IMG/VR virus record: IMGVR_UViG_3300043803_002519
Length of the DNA stretch: 64,000 bases
From: a virus
Direction: 5' to 3' (one strand)
The number at the start of each line of letters is the position of its first letter. Position 1 is the first letter of the stretch. Of this stretch, positions 43,878 through 51,416 are shown in pieces. The notes under the pieces are model-generated. The model searched no databases and was not told where the DNA came from. It saw only the letters and a list, made by a program, of their open reading frames with translations. The position numbers and the translations under genes are program-made.

Positions 43878-44887
43878 TGGCACTCCCACTCGCCGCGCTC
43901 ACGTTCTACCGCATGGCCGACGCCAGCCCCGCTTCGGCGGACATCAACGGGCTTCTCGACGCCATCTTCACGGCCGGGTCAGCAGCCAACGACTACCGCG
44001 GGACCGCGCTTCCATCGTCGCACGTCTGGACGTGGGCGCGTCAGGTGACCGGCGTCACCGTGGCGACCTACGTCACGCCGCCGGCCGGCACCGGAATGGG
44101 GCTCTCTCCGGGGCTGATCTTCGCGGGCGCCACCGGCGCTCCGACGCCAACGATGGCGAGCCCCGACACGTTCACCGCGTCGAACCTCCTGCTCGGCATC
44201 GTAAAGAACCGAGGCGCGTGGAACGACTGGGCCAATGCGGCACCGTTCACCAGCGGCACCTTCTCCGGATACTGGCGGGCGGCAGGTACGACGTGGAACG
44301 CCACGGGCGCAAAGGTGCGCGTCTACATCTCCGAGGAGGTGATCTTCGTCCAGTTGATCGGCGTGACAGTCACTCAGCAGGCTTGGATGGCTCTCGGCGC
44401 TATCGTCGAGCCGCACCAAACCAACTCCGCGTCTGGCGGGCTTGACGCAGAGACGGACGATCGGCTCTACGGAATGTGGGCAACGGGGGGCGGAGCCACA
44501 ATGACTACAACCTGGCTGAACTCGAACGCCCCCCAGAGCCCGTTCAATCATGGCGTCTCTGCTGGCCAGACCCACGGCATGGTCTGGCAGCCAGGGACGA
44601 GCACGCTCTACACCAGTGGCCGGAAGATACACTTTTCGGCAGCGGGCTCTGTAGCAGAAACTACGACCCCAGGGGGCATGTTCGTTGGTGACCTAATGCC
44701 CTTCCACAGGTCTACCGGCGGAACAGCGAACAACGGAAGCCGTCTCGGAATGCTCCGGGGCATCTACCCCAGCGGGCAGTTCCAGAGCGGCAAGACGATC
44801 CGCAACGGCTCGACCGACCTCTACCACTGCATCTCGACGGATACGAGCGCGACGGCTGACGGCCTCATGCTGAAGGCCGCTGCGTAG
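43877..44887 (+). CDS. Tail fibre / receptor-binding candidate (336 aa)
   Basis: TAATG-coupled to the fibre gene. Last gene of the structural block. Confidence 0.55.
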   Translation: MALPLAALTFYRMADASPASADINGLLDAIFTAGSAANDYRGTALPSSHVWTWARQVTGVTVATYVTPPAGTGMGLSPGLIFAGATGAPTPTMASPDTFTASNLLLGIVKNRGAWNDWANAAPFTSGTFSGYWRAAGTTWNATGAKVRVYISEEVIFVQLIGVTVTQQAWMALGAIVEPHQTNSASGGLDAETDDRLYGMWATGGGATMTTTWLNSNAPQSPFNHGVSAGQTHGMVWQPGTSTLYTSGRKIHFSAAGSVAETTTPGGMFVGDLMPFHRSTGGTANNGSRLGMLRGIYPSGQFQSGKTIRNGSTDLYHCISTDTSATADGLMLKAAA

Positions 44888-44936
44888 CCACGTCGAGCCA
44901 AGTACCAAAAACGCTAAGAACGTGGTATGCAGACGC

Positions 44937-45338
44937 ATGGCCGAGCCAGCGACCAGAGACGACCTCCGCGAGATCGCCGACGCGGTGCGCGACCTCGCGA
45001 GCGCGATGGCGGCCGGCGCGGGCGCTCGCGAGGCTCAGCGGCAGGAAGGGCAGGCCCGCGGGGAAACGGTGGTCGCTCAGATCGCCGCCCACCACAGCAC
45101 GAGCACGGCGATCATGGGCGAGCTTGTGCGGCGGATTGACTCGCTGGAGCGCACCAAGTCAGGAGCGCCCTACCTACTTGTTTACACGTTGATTGCCGCG
45201 ATTGTGGTACAGGGTGGCGTGGTGTTGCACCTTTACGGCCAATCGAAAGGGCAGGATGCGAGCGCCGCATTCCGTGACGCCTCCCACGCTGCGGAGACGC
45301 TGGTGCCGACGATGCCCGGCGAGGAGTCGCCCGAATGA
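44937..45338 (+). CDS. Membrane protein, holin candidate (133 aa)
   Basis: One TM segment (YLLVYTLIAAIVVQGGVVLHLY). An extended -10-like TGGTATGCA ends 5 nt upstream of the ATG. Alternative GTG start at 44922. Confidence 0.45.
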   Translation: MAEPATRDDLREIADAVRDLASAMAAGAGAREAQRQEGQARGETVVAQIAAHHSTSTAIMGELVRRIDSLERTKSGAPYLLVYTLIAAIVVQGGVVLHLYGQSKGQDASAAFRDASHAAETLVPTMPGEESPE

Positions 45339-45496
45339 CGACCGACCACGCGACCGAGATGGCGTTGATCGAAGCGGCCCGCGCGAAGGCAGAGGCGGTG
45401 TGGCTCCGGTGCTCCTCCCCCGGTGCCCCGTCACAGGCTCAGCCCGCAAAGGCCAGCGTCACACCACGCCGCCCTACCGCCGCTGCTGGCGGGTAG
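45335..45496 (+). CDS. Possible small protein (53 aa)
   Basis: ATGA-coupled to the upstream gene; translated by hand. Its 3' end overlaps the convergent minus-strand gene. Confidence 0.25.
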   Translation: MTTDHATEMALIEAARAKAEAVWLRCSSPGAPSQAQPAKASVTPRRPTAAAGG

Positions 45497-45785
45497 GTCG
45501 CTGGCGCACCTTCGGCGCCCGGTGGCGTCGGGCCTCGACGGCGGCCACGGCCTCATCGAGCGCGGCGAGGCTCTCCGCGTTCGCGGCATCGATCGCCTGC
45601 CGGCGAGCGGCATCCATGGCATCGCGCTCTCGCTCGCGTCGCAGGTCTGACAGGTAGTCGCGGACGACGGCGGCGAGGATAGCGCCCACGACCAACAGGA
45701 GCGACGGCCGGAGGAGCGGTGCCCACGCCTCGCCCGCGATCGTCAGCCACGCGGGCGCCTCGATGCGGTGGGGGGGCGTGGCCAT
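45474..45785 (-). CDS. Membrane / coiled-coil protein (103 aa)
   Basis: ATG at 45785 inside ORF 45474..45863. TM segment LLLVVGAILAAVV followed by a charged helix. Divergent from the endolysin gene. Confidence 0.5.
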   Translation of the reverse strand: MATPPHRIEAPAWLTIAGEAWAPLLRPSLLLVVGAILAAVVRDYLSDLRRERERDAMDAARRQAIDAANAESLAALDEAVAAVEARRHRAPKVRQRPTRQQRR

Positions 45786-45830
45786 TCTGTATGCTACCCC
45801 GGTGGAAAGTCGCCGTGCTACACTCGTCGG

Positions 45831-46361
45831 ATGACCGACACCGAGCACCTCGCCCAAATGCACCCGTGGCTTCGCGAGCGCGTGGCCGCTGCCATCGCCG
45901 ACTGGCGGGCGGGCGCTCTCGAGGGGGAGACGATTCGGATCGTGGAGTCGGTGCGGGCTACGTCCACGCAGGCCAAGTACTTCGCCGAGGGCCGATCGAA
46001 AGCCGACGGCGTGAACCGGCTGAGCCTACACCAGTTCCGGCCAGCCCTTGCAGCCGATGTCGCCGTGATTCGCGGTGGCAAGGTGGTAGCGAAGGCGTCC
46101 GATCCAGCGTGGGCGCTGTGGGGCGTGTGCGCCCTCGCGCATGGCCTGGAATGGGGCGGCGCATGGACCGGCCTCGTGGACTGCCCCCATGTGCAAGTGC
46201 CCGTCAAGCAGCGCGTGCGGCTCGCTCAGGTGGCCGCGGGCGTCGAGGCCGATGGCCTGTGGGGACCGGCGACCGAGCGCGCGATCAAAGGCCCGTTCCG
46301 CGGTGGGAGCGGGTGGGAGCGAATGAGCCTCGCGGCGTGGGCCGCATTGGAGCACGGATGA
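45831..46361 (+). CDS. Endolysin: M15-type peptidoglycan peptidase plus a PG-binding repeat (176 aa)
   Basis: SLHQ...AADV and EWGGAWTGLVDCPHVQ fit the VanY/M15-like H..D...H zinc site. C-terminal VEADGLWGPATERAIK looks like PG_binding_1. Confidence 0.8.
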   Translation: MTDTEHLAQMHPWLRERVAAAIADWRAGALEGETIRIVESVRATSTQAKYFAEGRSKADGVNRLSLHQFRPALAADVAVIRGGKVVAKASDPAWALWGVCALAHGLEWGGAWTGLVDCPHVQVPVKQRVRLAQVAAGVEADGLWGPATERAIKGPFRGGSGWERMSLAAWAALEHG

Positions 46362-46600
46362 CCATCCCCGACACCATCGAGGCGCTGAGGCGCAAGGCGA
46401 TCAACCGCGAGCAGGCGATCGACCTCCTCGTGCCCGAGCTTGACCGGCTCCTCGCGTTCGAGCTCCTGCCCGTGGTGGGCGGGTTCGCCGAGGCGCTTAG
46501 CGATCAGTTCCTTCGCCCGATGGCGGGCGGCATCGTCAACGCGGCGCAGGCGCGGTGGGCGAAAGAGCGCCGGGCCGCGAGGGTGGCGGGGAGGCGGTGA
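46358..46600 (+). CDS. Hypothetical protein (80 aa), lysis-cassette position
   Basis: ATGA-coupled to the endolysin gene. Confidence 0.5.
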   Translation: MTIPDTIEALRRKAINREQAIDLLVPELDRLLAFELLPVVGGFAEALSDQFLRPMAGGIVNAAQARWAKERRAARVAGRR

Positions 46601-46631
46601 CCGTCGCCAAGTGGGCGCCCTTGGTCGGGGG

Positions 46632-46886
46632 TTAGCCGGAGCCGTAGCCGGAGCCGGAGCCGTAGCCGTAGCCGGAGCCGGAGCCGTCGCCGTAGCCGGA
46701 GCCGGAGCCGTCGCCGTAGCCGTAGCCGTAGCCGTAGCCGTAGCCGTAGCCGTAGCCGGAGCCGGAGCCGTCGCCGTCGCCGTCGCCGTAGCCGGAGCCG
46801 GAGCCGTCGCCGTAGCCGTAGCCGTAGCCGTAGCCGTAGCCGGAGCCGTCGTCGTCGCCGGAGCCGTCGTGCTCTACTTCGTCCAC
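46632..46886 (-). CDS. Extreme Gly/Tyr/Ser/Asp low-complexity protein (84 aa)
   Basis: MDEVEHDGSGDDDGSG(YG)4-6...(DG)(SG) repeats. The ATG overlaps the 3' end of the upstream minus gene by 13 nt. Confidence 0.5.
   Translation of the reverse strand: MDEVEHDGSGDDDGSGYGYGYGYGYGDGSGSGYGDGDGDGSGSGYGYGYGYGYGYGYGDGSGSGYGDGSGSGYGYGSGSGYGSG
46636..46860. repeat. Hexanucleotide microsatellite-like array (GCCGTA / GCCGGA / GCCGTC units)
   Basis: Read directly. Several frames on both strands are open across the array. Confidence 0.9.
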
Positions 46887-47260
46887 GGCGATACCTTGTT
46901 CACCGCGTCCACCGCCGCTGACGACATCAGGTGCGCCTCCAGCACTTCCGCGACGATGGGCGCCGCGGCTGGCCCGATCTTACCGCCGCTCGGCCCGGTC
47001 AACGCGAGTGAGGAGCACTCGCCCGCGCCCGTCCACGACCAGAGGCGCCGCGCGGTGCTGAGCGTGAGCGTGTGGCCGGCGGCGCCCTCGTGGGCCGACT
47101 CGACCACGCCGGCCCACACGCCGGAACCGCGCGAACGAACCAGCGCGACCTTGCCGACGAGCGGCGCGAACGGGGAGGCGGTGGGGGCGACGGTCGCGCC
47201 ACCGAACAGGGAGGCGAGCCGCTTGGCCTCGCCGATGGTGAGAGAGTCGAGGTCGATCAT
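46874..47260 (-). CDS. Hypothetical protein (128 aa)
   Basis: Clean ORF. LTIGEAKRLASLFGG...ARRLWSWTGAGECSSLA resembles a conserved phage protein of unknown function, from memory only. Confidence 0.6.
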   Translation of the reverse strand: MIDLDSLTIGEAKRLASLFGGATVAPTASPFAPLVGKVALVRSRGSGVWAGVVESAHEGAAGHTLTLSTARRLWSWTGAGECSSLALTGPSGGKIGPAAAPIVAEVLEAHLMSSAAVDAVNKVSPWTK

Positions 47261-47359
47261 GGTTGCTCCTGGAGTGGTCCCCGTCCGTGGGGCAAGGCCC
47301 CCATCCTTGCAGGGGGCTACGTCGCCTGGATGGCGATGCGGGGGCGAGGCCCCCTTCGG

Positions 47360-47521
47360 TTAGGCGCCATCCACCTCCCCCGCCGGCACCCACAGCGCGA
47401 GCCCGCACGGCAGCACGACGAGGAGCACCTGACCCGCGGCGGTGTAGTTGGCGTCGGCGATGGTGACGGGGAGGGAGAGGTAGCGCATGGGATGGGTATC
47501 GGCATCGGCGAGGGTGGGCAT
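47360..47521 (-). CDS. Possible small hydrophobic protein (53 aa)
   Basis: Hand-translated as MPTLADADTHPMRYLSLPVTIADANYTAAGQVLLVVLPCGLALWVPAGEVDGA. Confidence 0.3.
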   Translation of the reverse strand: MPTLADADTHPMRYLSLPVTIADANYTAAGQVLLVVLPCGLALWVPAGEVDGA

Positions 47522-47573
47522 TAGGGCGACTGGCGGGCAGCGGCGAGGGCCTTCCGCACTCCTGGAGTAGTTG

Positions 47574-47611
47574 CCGGGGGGGCATTCCCTGCACCGAGTT
47601 TGCCCCCCCGG
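47574..47611. terminator. GC-rich hairpin (11-bp perfect stem CCGGGGGGGCA / TGCCCCCCCGG, 16-nt loop)
   Basis: Read directly. Lies downstream of minus gene 47702..47938. No U-tract. Confidence 0.4.
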
Positions 47612-47701
47612 ACCCCGCGGGATTGCGGGGAAGTGAAGGCGCCAGCCTCGCCCGACCCCAAGGCGGAGAAGCCTGTACGGGCGAGGCCGGCGCGGAGGGG
47701 G

Positions 47702-47938
47702 TTACGGAGGGGACGCGAGGAACAGCCAGAGCAGTAGCGTGCCAACGCTGCCCACGAGGCCGAGGAACACCGCAGGCGGCTCCTCCGAGCACCGCGGGCA
47801 CTCGTCCTCGACCAGCTCCACGTCCTCGCCACGCGACCAGCAGTAGCCGCAGAGGGTGCCCTCTTCAGGCGCCCGCGCCTCGTACTCACGCTCGGCGCGG
47901 GAGAAGCCGCTGGCCAGGGCTCGGTTGAACGGGTTCAT
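47702..47938 (-). CDS. Zinc-ribbon protein with a C-terminal TM anchor (78 aa)
   Basis: ATG at 47938 with AAGGAG upstream. CGYC...CPRC, then FLGLVGSVGTLLLWLFL. Confidence 0.6.
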   Translation of the reverse strand: MNPFNRALASGFSRAEREYEARAPEEGTLCGYCWSRGEDVELVEDECPRCSEEPPAVFLGLVGSVGTLLLWLFLASPP

Positions 47939-48082
47939 CTGTTGTTCTCCTTCGGGGTTCGTGCGGCTCGGTGCCGCCACAGCATCATGCTCCGGCGCCT
48001 TTCGCGGCGCAACCCCCCAATGAAGAAAAAAGAACGCACGGTGAGTTGTTGTGTTCGCAGAGTGAGTCTGTTAGTGTGCAGT
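47939..48082. promoter_or_regulatory. Divergent regulatory region with direct repeats GTGAGTnGTTnGTGT (48041-48054, 48062-48078) and an A-rich tract
   Basis: Lower-GC intergenic region between divergent genes. TGTTAGTGT (extended -10-like) ends 5 nt before the ATG at 48083. Confidence 0.5.
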
Positions 48083-48310
48083 ATGCCGCTCACCCCGACG
48101 ACCTCGTTCCACCTTCTCCTAGCCGAGGCGCGACCGCGCTCCGTCAGCCAGGCCGCCGCCGCCCGCGCCCTGGGCGTTTGCCGCTCCACCCTCTCCCTGT
48201 GGGAGCGCGGCCAGCGGAAGCCCCCCTCCGGGGACCTGGCCAAGCTCCTCTTCTACTACGCCGTGAACGAGCAGGTCCGCCTTCAGGTGTACGATGCCGC
48301 CGGTGAATGA
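48083..48310 (+). CDS. XRE/Cro-CI-type HTH regulator (75 aa)
   Basis: SVSQAAAARALGVCRSTLSLWERGQRKP is a classic HTH_XRE pattern. No Shine-Dalgarno sequence. Confidence 0.75.
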   Translation: MPLTPTTSFHLLLAEARPRSVSQAAAARALGVCRSTLSLWERGQRKPPSGDLAKLLFYYAVNEQVRLQVYDAAGE

Positions 48311-48920
48311 CGACTACCGCGCCGCCCGCGAGGGGCATGGCTCAACCTCCCGTCCAATCCGGGTGGACGAACCACATGGCCTGCCCGGCCTGAGCGCTGC
48401 GGAGACGCAGCCGGCGCGACCCCCTTCCTACGTCGACCCCTTCGGGGGCTCCTTGACCCGTGAGGTCACCCGCTGCATCGACTGCGGCGTCGGCCCCCAG
48501 ACCTACCCCGGCCGCCGGTGCGGGGGCTGCTGGCGGGCGTCCACCGGGATTGTGCTGGCCCCGCCGGTGGCGCCTCCCCCGGCCCCCTCGCCGGTGTTGG
48601 TGGTGCTCAAGGAGGTCGCTCCCGCGGCGGCGCGGCCCCCCGTAGCGCGGGCGCCCAGCAAGCGGTGTCTGTGGGCCGGCTGCGACCGCAAGCACGCCCG
48701 CTACGGCGCGTGTCAGCGGGACTCCCGGCGGCTCGTCAGCATGGGTGCGGTAGGGACCGACCCTGACACCTGGCCCTCGGCGTGGGAGGTGTACCAGCAG
48801 GAGCTCGACGACCTCGCCGCCTGGAACGGCCAGGTCCACCGCGGGCTGGGCCGCGCGGAGTCCCGGCCGATGTTGACCCTCAAAGAATGGCGCGCCCTGC
48901 GCCGAAAGGCGGACGTGTGA
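48294..48920 (+). CDS. Cys-rich hypothetical protein (208 aa)
   Basis: CIDC...CGGC and CLWAGC..H....C clusters. Overlaps both neighbouring genes. Confidence 0.55.
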   Translation: MPPVNDDYRAAREGHGSTSRPIRVDEPHGLPGLSAAETQPARPPSYVDPFGGSLTREVTRCIDCGVGPQTYPGRRCGGCWRASTGIVLAPPVAPPPAPSPVLVVLKEVAPAAARPPVARAPSKRCLWAGCDRKHARYGACQRDSRRLVSMGAVGTDPDTWPSAWEVYQQELDDLAAWNGQVHRGLGRAESRPMLTLKEWRALRRKADV

Positions 48921-49444
48921 GACGCGACAACGATGCCTACTTCACGGCCCCGGCGTTAGCCCAGGCCCTCGTCGACACGCTGGACATCCTCCCCGGCGAC
49001 GAGGTGCTCGAGCCCCACGCCGGCGGCGGGGCCTTCGTCGAGGCCCTCCTGCGGCGCACGCCGGCGGTGGTCGCCTCTGACATCGCTCCCGGGACGGGGT
49101 GGTACGTGCAGGACTTCCTGACGCTGCTGCCCACCACGACGTTCGACTGGGTGGTGGGGAATCCCCCGTTCAAGAACTTCGAAGCCCATGTCGCCCAGGC
49201 CCTGACCATCGCGCCCCGGGTGGCCTTCCTCCTGCGCCTCGCGGCGATGGAGTCCATCGGGCGGATTGAGACGTGGAAGGTCTGGCCCCTGCGTCGGGTC
49301 AGGGTTCTGGCGGAGCGGCCCTCGTTCACGGGGGACGGTCGGTCGGACTCCTGCGCCTACGGGTGGTTCGAATGGGACCGGGCATGGGCGGGTAAGCCCG
49401 CCGAGGTCGTGCCCTGCTGGTCGTGGCGGAGGGTGGCCTCGTGA
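48917..49444 (+). CDS. DNA N6-adenine (or N4-cytosine) methyltransferase (about 175 aa)
   Basis: Motif I VLEPHAGGGAF and motif IV VVGNPPF. GTG start at 48917 in a GTGTGA overlap (alternative ATG at 48887). Confidence 0.75.
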   Translation: MRRDNDAYFTAPALAQALVDTLDILPGDEVLEPHAGGGAFVEALLRRTPAVVASDIAPGTGWYVQDFLTLLPTTTFDWVVGNPPFKNFEAHVAQALTIAPRVAFLLRLAAMESIGRIETWKVWPLRRVRVLAERPSFTGDGRSDSCAYGWFEWDRAWAGKPAEVVPCWSWRRVAS

Positions 49445-50655
49445 AGTACGGCTCCGTCTGCTCCGGCATCGAGGCCGCCACCGCGGCTTGGCACCCACTC
49501 GGCTGGACGCCGGCGTGGTTCGCTGAAATCGAAGCGTTCCCCAGCGCGGTCCTCGCGCATCACTACCCTCAGGTGCCCAACCATGGTGACTTCACCCAAC
49601 TCATCGACAACTCGCCGGAGGGCGTCGACGTCCTCGTCGGCGGAACCCCCTGCCAGGCCTTCTCCGTCGCAGGACTCCGACAGGGTCTTGCCGACCATCG
49701 CGGCGGCCTCACGCTGGAGTTCCTTCGACTGGCTCGAGCACTTCGCCCGAAGTGGATCGTCTGGGAAAACGTCCCCGGTGTCCTGTCGCAAGACGGAGGA
49801 CGGGCGTTTGGAGCCTTCCTCGGGGGGCTGGAAGACCTCAGGTATGGGTGGGCCTACCGGGTCCTGGACGCTCAGTACTTCGGACTAGCCCAGCGCCGCA
49901 AGCGTGTGTTCGTTGTCGGATGTGCTGGAGGAGACTTCGCGCGTGCCGCAGCGGTTCTCTTTGAGCCGGAGGGCCTGCGTAGGGATTCTCCGCCGCGCCG
50001 TGAAGCGGGGGCGGGGGCGGGAGTTGCCGGCGCCATTAGCACAGGCGCTTCTGGCGGTGGCGGGCGGCTGATCGGGGCTGACGAGGCCGCCGCAAGTCAG
50101 ATCGTACCGTATGGGGGTGGGGATGTGGCATGGCCCGCCACGATCGCCCCGACGCTCTACGCTCTGATGGGCGAGAAGATGGGCATGGAGAACCAGCACA
50201 TAAACAGCGGAGCGGGGCACTTTGTTCCCACGCTATCTCCGTGCCTCGAAACCCAGGTGGGTGGCCTGCGCCACCCCGACACGCAGGCCTATGTCGTCAA
50301 CGCGATGCCGGTCTCGCTTGGTAAGGGCCTTGGGCACAACAAAGATGACTACTGCGTGCCGTCAACACAGGGCGTCCGCCGCCTGACGCCGACCGAGTGC
50401 GAGCGGTTGCAGGGGTTTCCCGATGGCCACACCCTCGTTAGCTACCGAGGCAAGGCGGCCAAGGACTGCCCCGACGGCCCGCGCTACAAGGCCCTGGGGA
50501 ACTCGATGGCGGTGCCGGTCATGCGTTGGATCGGAGAGCGTATCGCTCTCGCGGAAGCCCTCGCGGAAGCCCTCGACCAGGCGCCCCCGGTGCCATCGGT
50601 GCCATCGGTGCCTGCGTGGTTGCAGACCTGGTCCGGTCGGCAGGAGCAGGATTGA
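49423..50655 (+). CDS. DNA cytosine-5 methyltransferase (410 aa)
   Basis: SVCSGIEAA (I), GGTPCQAFS (IV), ENVPGV (VI), QRRKRVFVVG (VIII), RLTPTECERLQGFPD, GNSMAVPV (X). Confidence 0.9.
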   Translation: MAEGGLVKYGSVCSGIEAATAAWHPLGWTPAWFAEIEAFPSAVLAHHYPQVPNHGDFTQLIDNSPEGVDVLVGGTPCQAFSVAGLRQGLADHRGGLTLEFLRLARALRPKWIVWENVPGVLSQDGGRAFGAFLGGLEDLRYGWAYRVLDAQYFGLAQRRKRVFVVGCAGGDFARAAAVLFEPEGLRRDSPPRREAGAGAGVAGAISTGASGGGGRLIGADEAAASQIVPYGGGDVAWPATIAPTLYALMGEKMGMENQHINSGAGHFVPTLSPCLETQVGGLRHPDTQAYVVNAMPVSLGKGLGHNKDDYCVPSTQGVRRLTPTECERLQGFPDGHTLVSYRGKAAKDCPDGPRYKALGNSMAVPVMRWIGERIALAEALAEALDQAPPVPSVPSVPAWLQTWSGRQEQD

Positions 50656-50673
50656 GCCTCCTTGGCGGGCGCC

Positions 50674-50919
50674 CTACGCGCCGACCTCGCCCTCGTCCAC
50701 GTCCACGTCCACGTCGAGGACCGGGTCAGGCGCAGGGTCATTGAGGTCCTCCACGGGTACGTCGAGGATGTGAGCCAGGCCTACGCGCAAGGCCGCCAGC
50801 ATCGCTGCGTGGCGGCTGACGCGCAGGCCCGTCCGCTTCGACAGCTTCTCGGCGGCGAGGTCGCCCGCCGCCCTCAGGAGGTCAGCGGCGGCGGTGTTGA
50901 AGGTGATGATGCGGTTCAT
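50674..50919 (-). CDS. Small protein, possibly DNA-binding, with an acidic DVDVDVDEGE tail (81 aa)
   Basis: ORF track; ATGA-type coupling to the upstream resolvase gene. Confidence 0.5.
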   Translation of the reverse strand: MNRIITFNTAAADLLRAAGDLAAEKLSKRTGLRVSRHAAMLAALRVGLAHILDVPVEDLNDPAPDPVLDVDVDVDEGEVGA

Positions 50920-51416
50920 GGGGTGACTCCGGGGTGCAGGGCGGGATGGATGCGTAGGTGGTGAAGACCTAGACCGATGGCGTCCCAGGTGTCGAGGGTG
51001 CAGGCGCGGCCGGGGCGAATCGCGGCGAGCTCACCCACGGACAGGCGGGCCTTCGACCGGGCGGCGATGACCTCCTTCGGGGCCTGCCCCTTCCACGCCG
51101 CGGGGTCGTAGTGGACGACCTTCGCGCCCAGGGAGGCCGCGATGGCCGCGAGGCCCCCCGCCACGCCGGCGACTTGCAGGACATCGTTGGGGTCGGCGAC
51201 CGCGTGGGGGTAGATGACCTGTCCCTCGAGCACGACGACGTCGACCCCGTGGAGCGCCAAGGGGGACCAGATGGCTGCGGCGACCTCCCCCCAGGACTTG
51301 GGGCCGCGCCCCGGCACACGCGGCCGCGCGGCGTAGGCGTCGACCAGACGCCCGTCGACGAAGAGGGCCACGCCCGTCGTGCGGAGGGCGGGGTCGAAGC
51401 AGACCAGGTGCTTCAC
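50916..51416 (-). CDS. RuvC-like Holliday-junction resolvase (166 aa)
   Basis: VCFDPALRTTG (D), VVVLEGQ (E) and LDTWDAIGLG (D..D), in RuvC order. Confidence 0.7.
   Translation of the reverse strand: MKHLVCFDPALRTTGVALFVDGRLVDAYAARPRVPGRGPKSWGEVAAAIWSPLALHGVDVVVLEGQVIYPHAVADPNDVLQVAGVAGGLAAIAASLGAKVVHYDPAAWKGQAPKEVIAARSKARLSVGELAAIRPGRACTLDTWDAIGLGLHHLRIHPALHPGVTP

Noticed and set aside
46440-47363. + strand 307-aa ORF reading the hexanucleotide array as (VA)n/(GA)n
   Set aside because: It starts inside the well-supported 46358..46600 gene in another frame and runs antisense through the clean 46874..47260 minus gene. It has no start context. The minus-strand GY frame has an ATG coupled to its upstream gene.
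47939-48310. Calling the element temperate on the basis of the Cro/CI-like HTH gene
   Set aside because: No integrase, excisionase, attachment site or second repressor is recognisable in the window. An XRE-type regulator alone is not evidence for lysogeny.
50690-50715. GTCCAC x3-4 repeat as a regulatory element
   Set aside because: It lies within the 3' coding part of the minus gene 50674..50919, encoding DVDVDVD, and is most simply a short acidic tail.
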